64,000 nt of DNA from Thermotogota bacterium ADurb.Bin062 (lineage in GTDB: Bacteria > Thermotogota > Thermotogae > MWEM01): NCBI GenBank assembly GCA_002071085.1, contig MWEM01000006.1:10198-74197 (forward strand), given 5' to 3'. Numbering within the stretch: the stretch's first letter is position 1; each line of letters begins with the position of its first letter. Positions 19,555 through 29,835 of this stretch are shown here, piece by piece. The translations under genes and the position numbers were made by a program. The notes under the pieces are model-generated. The model saw only the letters and a list, made by a program, of their open reading frames with translations. It ran no database searches and was not told the DNA's origin.

Positions 19555-22500
19555 TCATTGCCGGTCAGTTTCGGCCAATCGCGTCATCCGCAATTGGACG
19601 GTTTCATAGGTCGGGTCTTCCCAAGTTTCTCCGGTTAATTCGTTCGACCGCCAATCCGGCAAAAGATACTGATCGAACATCCCTTGGTCGTTCATCGCTT
19701 GATAATGATTTTGAAGGGTGTGATAGTATTGGGAGAAGTCACCCTCCAACCTCTCGTAATCTTGCAAAAAGCTCTGAATTTTGGCCTTTCCCGAGTCGTC
19801 CAGGTAAGGATTATGAGTTAGATCCACTCGGTTCCATTCGTACGGGTCTTTGAGCATATCGACGACCTCTTTATAGAGTATCAAGGCCTCTTGGTATTTT
19901 TGCTGATCGTGGAAGTGTTGGATCATATACCGGTAAAGGTTTGAAATCTCCGAGGGAACGGCAAGCTGTTGAGCCCGATGCGTGTATTCGACGGCGTGTA
20001 TCCGTTTTTCGACGATCTCTTTTATCTTCCCATAGTACTCTGCCGGAGTGCCGAGCTTCAGGAGCATCGTGATATACTCTTGGTACACGTTTTCCCAATC
20101 CGGGAACAGATGCCAGCTTCCGGGGAGAGTATACAGGGCCGTATCCATCCAGGTCTGCAATTCGACGATCTTGGTTTTGATCTGCTTCTCGTGTTCGACG
20201 ATCAGCCGCTGCATCGATGTGGCGTATTCGGGGTTACGCTCCGCCCATACTCTGTAAGCCGATATCAGCTCTCGTAAATAACTGATGATCTGTAAACAGG
20301 ATTTTCCCATAATCCGGAAGGTGTTTTTTTCGGAAAAGACCTTAAGGCTCGTTTCGAAATAGTCCAAAGAATCCTGATTCATTTGGATGTCGTACCACAA
20401 AGAGAGTTTGAACCCGTCGACGAGGTCTTGAAAAGGAACACCCGCCTTTATCAACCCGCTGAAAACCGAGAAATCTTCTTCGAGCAGCCGATCTCGGTAT
20501 TCGGGAAGGATATGCCGTACCTCTTCGGTATCCGTGACAAAGTGCTTGCTCAAGACGCTCATATGGTCCTTGCCTTGGTTGAACTCCGACACCTTGGCTT
20601 CTTTGCGCTCCGGCCGAACCATAATCAGCGCGATGTAAAAGAAGCTCTTCCCGAAGGCGGGTAGGTGGCCGATACTCTTTTCAAAGGAGTCCAGCGCCGA
20701 GAGATAGTAGGTTTGCGATAGCCCTTGGTATTCGATTTTTTTGTTTTCGATTTGCGAGAAGATCGACGCGAGCTTTTGCTTTTCTGCGTCTACCTCTTTC
20801 TCCAAATCGCCGAGTATCTTGATTTTCAGTTGGCTGAGCGCGATCGGGCTCATCGCGCTCACGTTCTGACCGGCCAATTTTTTCTGCATATAGACATCCG
20901 GGTTGAACCCCGCATAGTTCCCCTCCCTGTGCTCCAGCTGCCCTTGGAGTGCCAGGTACTCCTGCTCTTTGTTCGCCAGGTCCGCTTGCGCGCTATCCAC
21001 CTGAGAAAGGTAGGAGTAGTAGGTGTTGCCGTCCTTGAAGAAGACCTCCGCGAAAAGGGAGTGGTACTTTAAGTACCCGGTGATGAGGCCTATCCCCAAA
21101 ACTGCCGCTAACGCGGCCAGCCAAAGGTGTTTTTTGATCGATACGGTCTTGGCCATTCTCTTTTCCCGATTGAAATAGGGTCCGAAACCAACGCTGGCCA
21201 AAACGATCGCCCAAAGCTGATTTGGAAGCATTTGGAGCGGAAATTCCGTCGCGGAGTGGCCCAGGATTTCGAAGAAACAAACGGCGAAAAGCAGGAATAG
21301 GAGGATATCGTCTCCGTTTTTCATCCGTTTGAGCATCTGGAAGAAAAGGACGATAAGGAGCAGAATCGTCGCGCTCATCGTCAAAAAGCCGAAAAGCCCC
21401 ATTTCGCCCAACACCTGGAGGTAGTCGTTGTGGGTACGTTTGTAGTTGTTCCATACGTCGATATACTCCGGATGTTCTTCCATAACCTGAGCCAAGTAAT
21501 CGCCGTCTTTCAGTTTATAGGTACCCAGTCCGTTTCCGGTCAACGGGTAGTCTTTCCATTGATAGATAGAGGCTGCCCAAGATAGTAGCCGTCCTTTTCC
21601 GCCTGTGATCTGAAACCCCCGGGTCTCGAAGGAGGTGGCAACACGCCCTAAAGCGTCCACCCGCGTACCCAAGAAGTTTCCTGGAAGCGACAAAATCACT
21701 GGGAGAAAGAGAAGAATGACCACAACAGCACCAAGCGCGATCAGGCTTAAGGGTTTAACCGACAATTGCTTGCCTTCGGTTTTCTTCTTTGGATTCTTCT
21801 CTTTAACCTCTGTTCGGGGTGCGGAAGGCAAGAAAATGCGTTTCCGATACCAGAAGACCAAAACTCCGAAAATGAGGAATCCGCCCATCAAGGCTAAATA
21901 GACGGCGCGGGTGCCGGCCAAGAGAACGACCAGGTAGAAAAGAAAGAAGCAGACGACTCCAAATGTTTTAATCCCAAGGATGAAGAAGAAACGTTTTTGA
22001 TCGACCGAATCCGATTTGTTGCGAAATCCGTACTGATTGCTGATCGCGAAATATATGGCGATCGGGATCAAAGAGGCCAGAAAGTCGGAGACGAAGTTCG
22101 GGTTGCCTATCGTCGCCTTCATTTGCATCTTTCCCGACCCGCCAAAACCTCCGAGGAAAAACGACTGCCCGTCGTAGTAGTTCATCAAGGCTTCCACGGC
22201 GACAAAGAAACCGGCGATCAACACCGCGGTCAAGAAGAACAGAATTTCTTTTTTCTCTTCGAAGAAGTTGGAAAGGTAGACGGAAAAGAAGACAGTGAGT
22301 AGCGCGTACATCCCCAACTCAAAGGGATAGGGGAAGTATAGCGCGTTCTCTCGCAACATCGCGAAAGAGGCGACGACCGCTGAAGCCCCAAACAAGAAGT
22401 AGCCTAAATGGGGCCAAGCCAGGTACAAGCTCCTGTCTTTTTCCATCAACTTTCTCACGATGAACAGAACCATCAAAGCGACCGCGAAGATCACCAAGAA

Positions 22501-22602
22501 AAAGTATTTTGGTGTGCTGAATTCATAGGTTAGCCGCGGGTGCGCGAACATCGTAATGAAAATGAACGTAAAACACAAGAATAACATCTCTATCTTTTTC
22601 AT
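19555..22602 (-). CDS. O-antigen ligase (Wzy_C)-family protein with a long soluble helical C-terminus
   Basis: About 12 TM segments, TIGNPNF, GR..SW, GNGLGTY, HNDYLQVLGEMG; >450 aa helical/coiled-coil tail. Confidence 0.8.
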   Translation of the reverse strand: MKKIEMLFLCFTFIFITMFAHPRLTYEFSTPKYFFLVIFAVALMVLFIVRKLMEKDRSLYLAWPHLGYFLFGASAVVASFAMLRENALYFPYPFELGMYALLTVFFSVYLSNFFEEKKEILFFLTAVLIAGFFVAVEALMNYYDGQSFFLGGFGGSGKMQMKATIGNPNFVSDFLASLIPIAIYFAISNQYGFRNKSDSVDQKRFFFILGIKTFGVVCFFLFYLVVLLAGTRAVYLALMGGFLIFGVLVFWYRKRIFLPSAPRTEVKEKNPKKKTEGKQLSVKPLSLIALGAVVVILLFLPVILSLPGNFLGTRVDALGRVATSFETRGFQITGGKGRLLSWAASIYQWKDYPLTGNGLGTYKLKDGDYLAQVMEEHPEYIDVWNNYKRTHNDYLQVLGEMGLFGFLTMSATILLLIVLFFQMLKRMKNGDDILLFLLFAVCFFEILGHSATEFPLQMLPNQLWAIVLASVGFGPYFNREKRMAKTVSIKKHLWLAALAAVLGIGLITGYLKYHSLFAEVFFKDGNTYYSYLSQVDSAQADLANKEQEYLALQGQLEHREGNYAGFNPDVYMQKKLAGQNVSAMSPIALSQLKIKILGDLEKEVDAEKQKLASIFSQIENKKIEYQGLSQTYYLSALDSFEKSIGHLPAFGKSFFYIALIMVRPERKEAKVSEFNQGKDHMSVLSKHFVTDTEEVRHILPEYRDRLLEEDFSVFSGLIKAGVPFQDLVDGFKLSLWYDIQMNQDSLDYFETSLKVFSEKNTFRIMGKSCLQIISYLRELISAYRVWAERNPEYATSMQRLIVEHEKQIKTKIVELQTWMDTALYTLPGSWHLFPDWENVYQEYITMLLKLGTPAEYYGKIKEIVEKRIHAVEYTHRAQQLAVPSEISNLYRYMIQHFHDQQKYQEALILYKEVVDMLKDPYEWNRVDLTHNPYLDDSGKAKIQSFLQDYERLEGDFSQYYHTLQNHYQAMNDQGMFDQYLLPDWRSNELTGETWEDPTYETVQLRMTRLAETDRQ

Positions 22603-22668
22603 TTCTCCACCCCACTCATCATATGAAACCGTCATGTTCGCCGAAAGTATTGTATCACAACGGCGAGG

Positions 22669-24261
22669 TCATTTCATTTCGTATCCTTGAGGTTTTTCCG
22701 GTTGACGTTTGCGCGTCAGCGCTACCGCCACAAACAGAAAGAAGAGCGCGCCGTATCCGCTTAAGCACAACAGACGATAGTCAAGGAAGGTGATCGCCCG
22801 TGTTTGATCGGAGAACCCGATAAGAAACACGCCCAAGCCTTTTTCGAAGGGGGCGATCCGGGCAACCACCCGTCCGAAAGGGTCTGAGACCCCTGTGATC
22901 CCGTTGTTTGAGACCTGTCCCACCCATTTCCCCGTTTCAAGCGCCCGAAAACGCGCCTGAACGAAATGCTGCTCCAACGCGATCGGGCTGGTGAACCAGG
23001 CGTCGTTGGTCAAAACGAAGAAGGCTTCCGCCTTCTGCGCTAAAAAGTCTCCGAAGACTTCGGAGTAGTAAGACTCGAAACAGACGGGAAAGGCGTAGCG
23101 TTTCCCACTGATCTCAAAGGTCTGGGCAAACGGGCCCGGCGTGAAATAGTTCGAAAACTTGATGAAGCTGAGCATCCCGAAGATACGCTCGAAGGGTAAG
23201 GTTTCTACGAAGGGGTTCAAATGCCGCTTGCCGTAAAAATCGTTGGAAACCCCGCCTTCCGGTGAAACGGTCCGAACCGCGTTATAATACTCTTCATCAT
23301 TCGTTTGCGCGAGGTGCCCTACCACAAAAACCACTTCACGCTCCGTCGAAAGCCGCTCCAACGCCTTGGCGGTCTTGGTGCGCTCGCGAATATCATACAT
23401 GAATTGCGCTTCCGGAAACGCGACGAAATCGGGTGTCTTTGGCACCGAGTCCAGCAGGCTCAATACATCGGAAAACTCTTCGATGAACTCAGCTTCAGAG
23501 AACGTGTACTTGTCCTCGGAGCGAAACATCGTCTGCATCCCGCCGACCCAACGCGTCTCTCCGTTCTGTGGGTAAACCGGGGGTAAAAGGTTTTGCGTGA
23601 CCGAATCGGCGGCGTAGAGTGAGAGCAGGAGCAACGCCACCAACACCCAGGAACGCTTGGAAGACGATAGAAAAGGGCGCGCCGATAGGATTCGAAAGAG
23701 CGCAGCATTTACCACTCCGATCAAGATCACCAGGGCTTCGGTCCCGCCGAAGGCCACGAGTTGCGACAGGCCCAGCATATTCACGAGAGCATCGGAAAAA
23801 CGAAAGCCGGGGAAACCCATCGGCCCGAGCCCGCGCAACCATTCGGTCACAAAGAGCAACAGACCGATGAAAAGGCAGAAAAGCGTAGGACGATCGGTGA
23901 CCCGGCTTCTAAACAGGGTGTAAACGAAGGCGAAAAGCCCATAAAAGAGGGCTTCCACCGATATTAACAGTAGGAAGACAACTGCGCCCATAATGGGCGG
24001 GAAGGAGCGCAACACCTGGGGGATGTAGTGGGCGAAGGTCGGCAGGAACCAATGCAAGCTGACGCCAAAGAATACGAGGCCGAAGCCCAGTCCCCTCAAC
24101 GTGTTGCGTATCAAAGAACGGGCGGAAAGCGGCGCGTTTTCTCGGTCAAGGGAACGCAAAAACAACGCGAACCCGATCCAGACGAAAAAATGAAGGTTGA
24201 AACCCGGCATCGCCAAGGCCATCAGGATACCGGCTCCTATCCATAGGCCGCGTTTTTTCAT
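22669..24261 (-). CDS. lnt: Apolipoprotein N-acyltransferase
   Basis: TEWLRG, FPE, K.HL.PFVE, VCFES, TNDAWF, RALE, NNGIT. Confidence 0.93.
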   Translation of the reverse strand: MKKRGLWIGAGILMALAMPGFNLHFFVWIGFALFLRSLDRENAPLSARSLIRNTLRGLGFGLVFFGVSLHWFLPTFAHYIPQVLRSFPPIMGAVVFLLLISVEALFYGLFAFVYTLFRSRVTDRPTLFCLFIGLLLFVTEWLRGLGPMGFPGFRFSDALVNMLGLSQLVAFGGTEALVILIGVVNAALFRILSARPFLSSSKRSWVLVALLLLSLYAADSVTQNLLPPVYPQNGETRWVGGMQTMFRSEDKYTFSEAEFIEEFSDVLSLLDSVPKTPDFVAFPEAQFMYDIRERTKTAKALERLSTEREVVFVVGHLAQTNDEEYYNAVRTVSPEGGVSNDFYGKRHLNPFVETLPFERIFGMLSFIKFSNYFTPGPFAQTFEISGKRYAFPVCFESYYSEVFGDFLAQKAEAFFVLTNDAWFTSPIALEQHFVQARFRALETGKWVGQVSNNGITGVSDPFGRVVARIAPFEKGLGVFLIGFSDQTRAITFLDYRLLCLSGYGALFFLFVAVALTRKRQPEKPQGYEMK

Positions 24262-25397
24262 GAGAAGCGTTCTATTCCTTCTTTTAGGGAATGAACCACG
24301 TACTCCTGGTCTTCTTCTGTCAGGTTGTTGTAGAAAGGAATCGCCAGCGTCCGTTTCGACAGGTTCTCCGTGATCGGCAACATCCCTTCTCGGTACCCAA
24401 ACCGTTCTTTATAGAAAGGCTGAAGGTGTATGGGGGTGAAATAGTTCCGACTCTGAACACCCCGTTCCTGTAGATAGACGATGAGACGGTCTCGATCGAT
24501 TCCTTCCGCCAGCGTCACGACGTAGACGAACCAACTGACGCGCGTGGTGAATGGCGCGATCACCGGCGCTCGAACGCCTTCCACGCCGGCTAAGAGCTTG
24601 GCGTAGCGCTCAGCGACGGTGTTCCGTTTCCGGATAAATACGTCGAGCTTCTTCACCTGCTCGACTCCTAAAGCCGCGCTCAGTTCATCCATCCGAAAAT
24701 TGTATCCGAGCCGGACGTGTTCCAACCAGTTCTCGGCTACCCCACGGCCTTGGTTTCTCATCGACCGACAAAGCAGGTATATCTCCTCGTCGTCGGTGAC
24801 AACTACCCCACCCTCTCCGGTGGTCATCTGCTTGTTCGGATAAAAAGCGAAGGCCCCGGCGATCCCGAAGGTGCCGCAACTCCTTCCTTTATAGGAAGAG
24901 CCCAGCGCCTCGCAAGAGTCTTCTATCACTTGTAAACCGTGTTTGCGAGAAAAATTGAGGATCGGATCCCAGTCGAGCGGTTGGGCGAAGATATCGACCC
25001 CCACGATCCCCTTGATCGTCTCCTTGGCGGGATCCGTCGCATACCTTTCCTCGAGCGCGCGGGGGGCCATATTGAAGGTCAACGGATCGATATCGACGAA
25101 AACAGGCTCCGCGTTCTCGTACAGAAGGATATTGCTGGAGGTGACGAAAGAGAAGGGAGTCGTGAGATAGCGATCGCCGGCTTTCACCCCCGCCGCTTTC
25201 ATAATCAGCATCAACGCGCTGGTTCCGCTGTTCACCGCCACACAGAAGCGAAGCCCGGAGTATTCGGCCATACGCCGTTCGAACTCCTGAACCTTAGGCC
25301 CGATGCTGAGAATGGTCGAACGAAGGACTCCTTCAACCGCGCGTACCTCTTCTTCCCCGATATCGGGGCCGGATAATGGAACGGTTCTTCTCATCAC
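24258..25397 (-). CDS. DegT/DnrJ/EryC1/StrS sugar aminotransferase
   Basis: NSGTSAL, IEDSCEA, FAFYPNKQMTTGEGG, GYNFRM. Confidence 0.92.
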   Translation of the reverse strand: MMRRTVPLSGPDIGEEEVRAVEGVLRSTILSIGPKVQEFERRMAEYSGLRFCVAVNSGTSALMLIMKAAGVKAGDRYLTTPFSFVTSSNILLYENAEPVFVDIDPLTFNMAPRALEERYATDPAKETIKGIVGVDIFAQPLDWDPILNFSRKHGLQVIEDSCEALGSSYKGRSCGTFGIAGAFAFYPNKQMTTGEGGVVVTDDEEIYLLCRSMRNQGRGVAENWLEHVRLGYNFRMDELSAALGVEQVKKLDVFIRKRNTVAERYAKLLAGVEGVRAPVIAPFTTRVSWFVYVVTLAEGIDRDRLIVYLQERGVQSRNYFTPIHLQPFYKERFGYREGMLPITENLSKRTLAIPFYNNLTEEDQEYVVHSLKEGIERFS

Positions 25398-26395
25398 GCT
25401 TCCCCCTGAGCATACTGAAGTGCGATTTTCTTGACCAATTGTTTCTTCACCCCGTCTATGGCCACGCGGATCGCGTTTGAGATCGCATAGCCGTCGGAAT
25501 TCCCATGCGCCTTGACGACCGGCGCGTTCACGCCCAAGATGAATGCGCCCCCGACGCGGTGCGGGTCGAAACGGTGTTTTAACGCTTTGAGGGCGGGCTT
25601 CAGCAATAAGGCGCCCAGCTTGGTTCTCAATCCGCCCTTTTTAATCTCTGACTTCAGGGTTTCCATAATCAGCTTCGCAGTGCCTTCTATCGTTTTTAAG
25701 GCGATATTCCCGCTGAATCCGTCGGTGATGATGACGTCTGCCGGACCAAGACTGATATCCCGGCCCTCTACGAAACCCTGGTAGTTTTTGCCCAACTGTT
25801 CTTTGAGTATCACATTCGCCTGTTTCAAATCCTGGGTTCCTTTATCCTCTTCGGTGCCCACATTGAGCAGCCCGATCTTGTAATCGACCGCGCCGAGCAC
25901 TTGTAAAAAAGCGATGCTCATTTTGGAAAACCCAATGAGCACTTCCTTGGAGCATTCTACCGTCGCCCCGCTGTCCAACAACAACACATCGCGGTGCAAG
26001 TTAGGGATGGGCGTGATCAAAGCCGGGCGCTTCACTCCCTTGATACGGCCGATCAAAAAGGTGGCCGCGGCGAGCAAGCCGCCGGTGTTGCCTGCGCTGA
26101 CCAGCGCGTCGGCTTCTTTATCTCGAACGAGCGCGGCTGCTTTATGGAGAGATGTTTCCGGTCGTTTCAATATCATGGATGGTTTTTCATCCATAGCGAA
26201 AACTTCGGGCGACGGAATGATCCGAACGCGTTCGGGAACCTCCCCGTGAGGAAAGCAGGGCTTGATTTTCTCTTCCTGACCGGTGAGTAAGAAAGAGACC
26301 TCTTCGTTTTCACTCTCTAGATATTTCATTATCCCGTCCACAACGGATTTGGGGGCGTAGTCGCCTCCCATGCAGTCCAGCGCAATCGTTACCAT
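25394..26395 (-). CDS. plsX: Phosphate acyltransferase PlsX
   Basis: IALDCMGGDYAP, VSAGNTG, RPAL, LDSGA, GNIALKT.EG, VKAHG. Confidence 0.95.
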   Translation of the reverse strand: MVTIALDCMGGDYAPKSVVDGIMKYLESENEEVSFLLTGQEEKIKPCFPHGEVPERVRIIPSPEVFAMDEKPSMILKRPETSLHKAAALVRDKEADALVSAGNTGGLLAAATFLIGRIKGVKRPALITPIPNLHRDVLLLDSGATVECSKEVLIGFSKMSIAFLQVLGAVDYKIGLLNVGTEEDKGTQDLKQANVILKEQLGKNYQGFVEGRDISLGPADVIITDGFSGNIALKTIEGTAKLIMETLKSEIKKGGLRTKLGALLLKPALKALKHRFDPHRVGGAFILGVNAPVVKAHGNSDGYAISNAIRVAIDGVKKQLVKKIALQYAQGEA

Positions 26396-26510
26396 TTTTC
26401 TTTCCTCCACTGCGAATGCGCTCTCGTCTTTCCGTTGAACGAACGCATTCGATTATTCGCTATCCAGATTTCCTTATCTATTTTACACGTTTTTTTTCTC
26501 ATAAGTGCGC

Positions 26511-27638
26511 TTAAACCGCGATCGGCCTTCGTGTTCGATCGTTTCGGATCAAAAACAAGTATAGGAGCGCCACACCCAAAGAAAAGGCCGACAACAGGGC
26601 GAGTAGCATAGTCACGCGATTACCTAAAAAGACGGAAATGAATGCCCCGATGTAACCGCCGATGGCCCAAGCCAACCCCATCGTCACCGAGGAGGCGAAA
26701 GCGAGGTTGTTCGGCACCAGCGCCTGTGCTTGCACGACATTGGCCGACATCGTTAAGAAGCCGGCAGAATCGAAGAGCGCAAACATCAGGGTTTTCGCGA
26801 CGTACCCGGGCGCGAGAAGGAATAGAAGACCCCCTATACCCATACCCAAGAATCCGACGAGGTTGATGCGCTGAACGCCGACTTTCAAGATCCAACGAGA
26901 ACCCGCGTAATTCGTGACCAACCCGGCCAGCATCCCGACGGCTAACACGACACCTCCGAGCGTTAAGGGAGCTTTCAGACCGTCGAAGTAGATCGGAACC
27001 AAGATGTGAAACTGGTCGAGGACGATGGTCCTGAGCACGACGGCGTTAAAACACGGCATCAACAATACGAACAGGGACTTGGTCGGAAACCGCTGGCGCG
27101 CCCGCTCTTCTTTTTTTATCGGCGAAAACTTCGGAGCCAAGAGGGTGAGGACCAGGCCTGAGGCCAATGCAATCCAGGCGACGTCACGAAAAGAGAATCG
27201 GCTACTGAACGCGGTGATAAAAATCGGCCCCAGCGCCGACCCGAAGGTTCCGAAGATCGAAAAGATAGCGACGGCGCGCGCTTTTCCCGTTCGACCCGCC
27301 ATTCCCGCGCCCAACGGGTGGTAAGCGGAGTTGATCAAGATGGATAGGAAGATCAACAGCATGAGGAGCGCGTAGTGCCGGATAAAAACTAAAAGGCCGA
27401 GGAGCGCGAGTTGGAACATCAATAGGGAGAAGAGGAGCCAACCGTCGCGCTTGGTCCTATCGAATAGGAGCCCGAAAAAAATCTGCAATAGGGACGCGCA
27501 GGAACCGATGATCCCCAAAGTGCTGCCGAAAGTCGAACTGTCTATTTGGTACAACGACATAAAATAAGGCGCCATGGGCTTGAAGAAGGCGCTGAAAAAA
27601 TCCGTAAAAAAATGAGAAAACGCCGCGATGAAAACCAT
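26511..27638 (-). CDS. MFS transporter (Fsr-like)
   Basis: SHFFTDF, YHP.G, G.FGSALGP; 12 hydrophobic segments. Confidence 0.85.
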   Translation of the reverse strand: MVFIAAFSHFFTDFFSAFFKPMAPYFMSLYQIDSSTFGSTLGIIGSCASLLQIFFGLLFDRTKRDGWLLFSLLMFQLALLGLLVFIRHYALLMLLIFLSILINSAYHPLGAGMAGRTGKARAVAIFSIFGTFGSALGPIFITAFSSRFSFRDVAWIALASGLVLTLLAPKFSPIKKEERARQRFPTKSLFVLLMPCFNAVVLRTIVLDQFHILVPIYFDGLKAPLTLGGVVLAVGMLAGLVTNYAGSRWILKVGVQRINLVGFLGMGIGGLLFLLAPGYVAKTLMFALFDSAGFLTMSANVVQAQALVPNNLAFASSVTMGLAWAIGGYIGAFISVFLGNRVTMLLALLSAFSLGVALLYLFLIRNDRTRRPIAV

Positions 27639-27646
27639 AGCCCTCC

Positions 27647-28501
27647 TTACCCCGAATCGGAAGCGATGTCGAGGCTATCCGGGGTTTCGTAGGTCAAGGC
27701 GCCAAAGGTGCCGTTCTGAAAGGAGGCGAGCAAGAAATCCACCACCTTCGATCGGTCCACACGGTTCTCTTTTTGCAGGTACCCGCGTCTGAGGCCAACG
27801 AGTCGTAGGAGCTCTTCGTATTCGAAGGGCCCCTCAGCGCTTTGGCCCGTAATCGTTCGATACGCGTTGGGGTAGCGCTCTTTCAACCAGAGAAACGCGT
27901 ACTCCAACGCTTCTTCGGCCTCGCTCTCGGAGGCTTTGATGCATCCGGCCAACAGCAATTTATGGCGCACGTGCTTACTGAAGAGATGTCGATACAGGAT
28001 CCCGGGGGTATCCATCAACATCAGTTGATCGGTGACGTTCACCCACTGAATCCCGCGCGTGAGGCCTGGGGTACGGCCGACACGCACCTTCTTTTTTCCC
28101 AGGAGGACGTTGACAAGCGTGGACTTCCCGACGTTGGGGCTACCGACGATCATATACCGTTGAAACCGGTCCTCTCTAGCGATGTCGGTCAACTTCGACA
28201 CGAAGCCCTTTCGTATGCTTCCGGGGTTTCCTTTCAGGTTCATCGCGAAGGCCACCATACCTGCCTTTTCGTAGAACGAGATCCATCGGTCCGTTTGACC
28301 TGGATCAGCCAGGTCCGCCTTCGAGAGGAGAATGACGGTCTTCTTGTTATGGAATAGGGACTTCCATTCATAGGCTCTTCCGGAGTACGGTATACGCGCG
28401 TCGGCCATCTCCACGACAACCTGAACCGCCTTCAGGTTCTCTTGGATGACTCTTTTCGCTTTTTCGATGTGCCCGGGATACCACGTTTTTTCTGTCGCCA
28501 T
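27647..28501 (-). CDS. rbgA: Ribosome biogenesis GTPase RbgA/YlqF
   Basis: WYPGH, DARIP, KADL, GSPNVGKS, DTPG (circularly permuted). Confidence 0.93.
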   Translation of the reverse strand: MATEKTWYPGHIEKAKRVIQENLKAVQVVVEMADARIPYSGRAYEWKSLFHNKKTVILLSKADLADPGQTDRWISFYEKAGMVAFAMNLKGNPGSIRKGFVSKLTDIAREDRFQRYMIVGSPNVGKSTLVNVLLGKKKVRVGRTPGLTRGIQWVNVTDQLMLMDTPGILYRHLFSKHVRHKLLLAGCIKASESEAEEALEYAFLWLKERYPNAYRTITGQSAEGPFEYEELLRLVGLRRGYLQKENRVDRSKVVDFLLASFQNGTFGALTYETPDSLDIASDSG

Positions 28502-28512
28502 CGTGATCCATT

Positions 28513-28546
28513 AAAAAAGGTCTCGCCAGAAAAGGCAAGACCTTTC
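28513..28546 (-). terminator. Terminator-like hairpin after lepB
   Basis: Minus strand AAAGGTCTTGCC...GGCGAGACCTTTTTT. Confidence 0.6.
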
Positions 28547-28550
28547 TGCG

Positions 28551-29417
28551 TTATTGTTTGTTGATCGGTCCAAAGCGGTTAAGCGGCCAAATCCGCAATA
28601 GAGGGCCGCCAACGATATTTTTCTTGGGCACGAATCCAAAAAAGCGGCTATCCAAACTTTCGGGAGAGTTATCCCCCATAAAGAAATAACCTCCTTCGGG
28701 CACCCGTATCTGGATGCGATCGGAATCCGCCACTTTCCAAGCGTAATCACCGATCTCCAGCCCGTCGAAGACTTCCCGATAGGCAGCGGTATAGTCGAGC
28801 GCTTTATTATAGAATTCGAAAAAACTCTTCATATTCGCTGTCAACCAAGGGTATTCGCTCGGATAGGCCATTTGATGATAGAACCGAGGGTCTTTGAAGA
28901 TCCCTTCCTTCTGGTAAGTGACGCCTTTCAACCGTTCGGGCGTCTGACCATTGACCAGCAGAGAATAGCCACCTCCGGACAGGTTTGGCGTGAGCTCGAG
29001 CACATCTCCCGGTTTTCCTACCAACCGCTTGACGTATTTCACGTGTCCTCGGTATTCCGCCGGCGAGAAGATGTCCATAAACTTATCGAACGCACGGAGC
29101 TGCTTTTGGGCTTCTTTGTCCACGAAGGGGGTCCAAAAGACCACGATCTCTCCGTAATCCGGCTCTTTGGTACTGTACGTGACTCTCTCTACAAAAAGAC
29201 GGTCCAACGGTACGATGGTCGGGATCATCGATCCGGTGGGAACCATCATGGTCTCGAAGACGAATAGCCTAACGATCACGACGGCGACGGCGGCGTATAA
29301 AAACGCTTTGAACCAGTCCCAAGCCTCGTGCGCGGCTTTCTGTCCCATCGTCTTCTTCGGAGTCGACGGATTGCTTTTGGGTTTACCCTTCCTTTCCGGT
29401 GTTTTCGCCATAGCCAA
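28551..29417 (-). CDS. lepB: Signal peptidase I
   Basis: TGSM.PT, YVKRLVG.PGD, GDN...SLDSRFFG. Confidence 0.95.
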   Translation of the reverse strand: MAMAKTPERKGKPKSNPSTPKKTMGQKAAHEAWDWFKAFLYAAVAVVIVRLFVFETMMVPTGSMIPTIVPLDRLFVERVTYSTKEPDYGEIVVFWTPFVDKEAQKQLRAFDKFMDIFSPAEYRGHVKYVKRLVGKPGDVLELTPNLSGGGYSLLVNGQTPERLKGVTYQKEGIFKDPRFYHQMAYPSEYPWLTANMKSFFEFYNKALDYTAAYREVFDGLEIGDYAWKVADSDRIQIRVPEGGYFFMGDNSPESLDSRFFGFVPKKNIVGGPLLRIWPLNRFGPINKQ

Positions 29418-29428
29418 CCCCTTTCGGA

Positions 29429-29785
29429 TTACTGGCTTTTCTGTCGCTTCTCCTTGATCTTCACGACACCCACGATCTTTCGGATATAGTAAAGCTTGGC
29501 GCGACGCACTTTCCCCTTTTTCACGACCTCGACCTTTTCGATCGCCGGAAGATGATAGGGATAGATCTTTTCGACGCCGATCCCGTTCGCGCCGATCTTT
29601 CGTACCGTGAAGGTTTTATTGAGACCGTCCCCCCGTTTTTGTATGACGATCCCTTCGAATTTTTGGGTCCGTTCTTTATTCCCTTCCTTGATCCTTTGAA
29701 AAATCCGGACCGTATCCCCCACGTTAAATGGGGGCAATTCTCTGTAGTCCTGTTGCGCCATCGCTCGAATAAACGCGTTTGACAT
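29429..29785 (-). CDS. rplS: 50S ribosomal protein L19
   Basis: GDTVR, FEGIVI, TFTVRK, VRRAKLYY. Confidence 0.97.
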   Translation of the reverse strand: MSNAFIRAMAQQDYRELPPFNVGDTVRIFQRIKEGNKERTQKFEGIVIQKRGDGLNKTFTVRKIGANGIGVEKIYPYHLPAIEKVEVVKKGKVRRAKLYYIRKIVGVVKIKEKRQKSQ

Positions 29786-29835
29786 ACCTCTTCCTCCTTT
29801 ATTTTTTTAACATTCTTTTTTGGGATGTCTTTGAA

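Noticed and set aside
26411-26452. Inverted repeat CGAATGCG...CGCATTCG upstream of plsX as a FapR-like operator
   Set aside because: Long spacer, single occurrence and no resemblance I can support to a known operator.
28740-29000. Large insertion in signal peptidase I (and a small one in RimM) as an intein or mobile insert
   Set aside because: No intein termini or homing motifs; variable-length inserts in LepB domain II are common.
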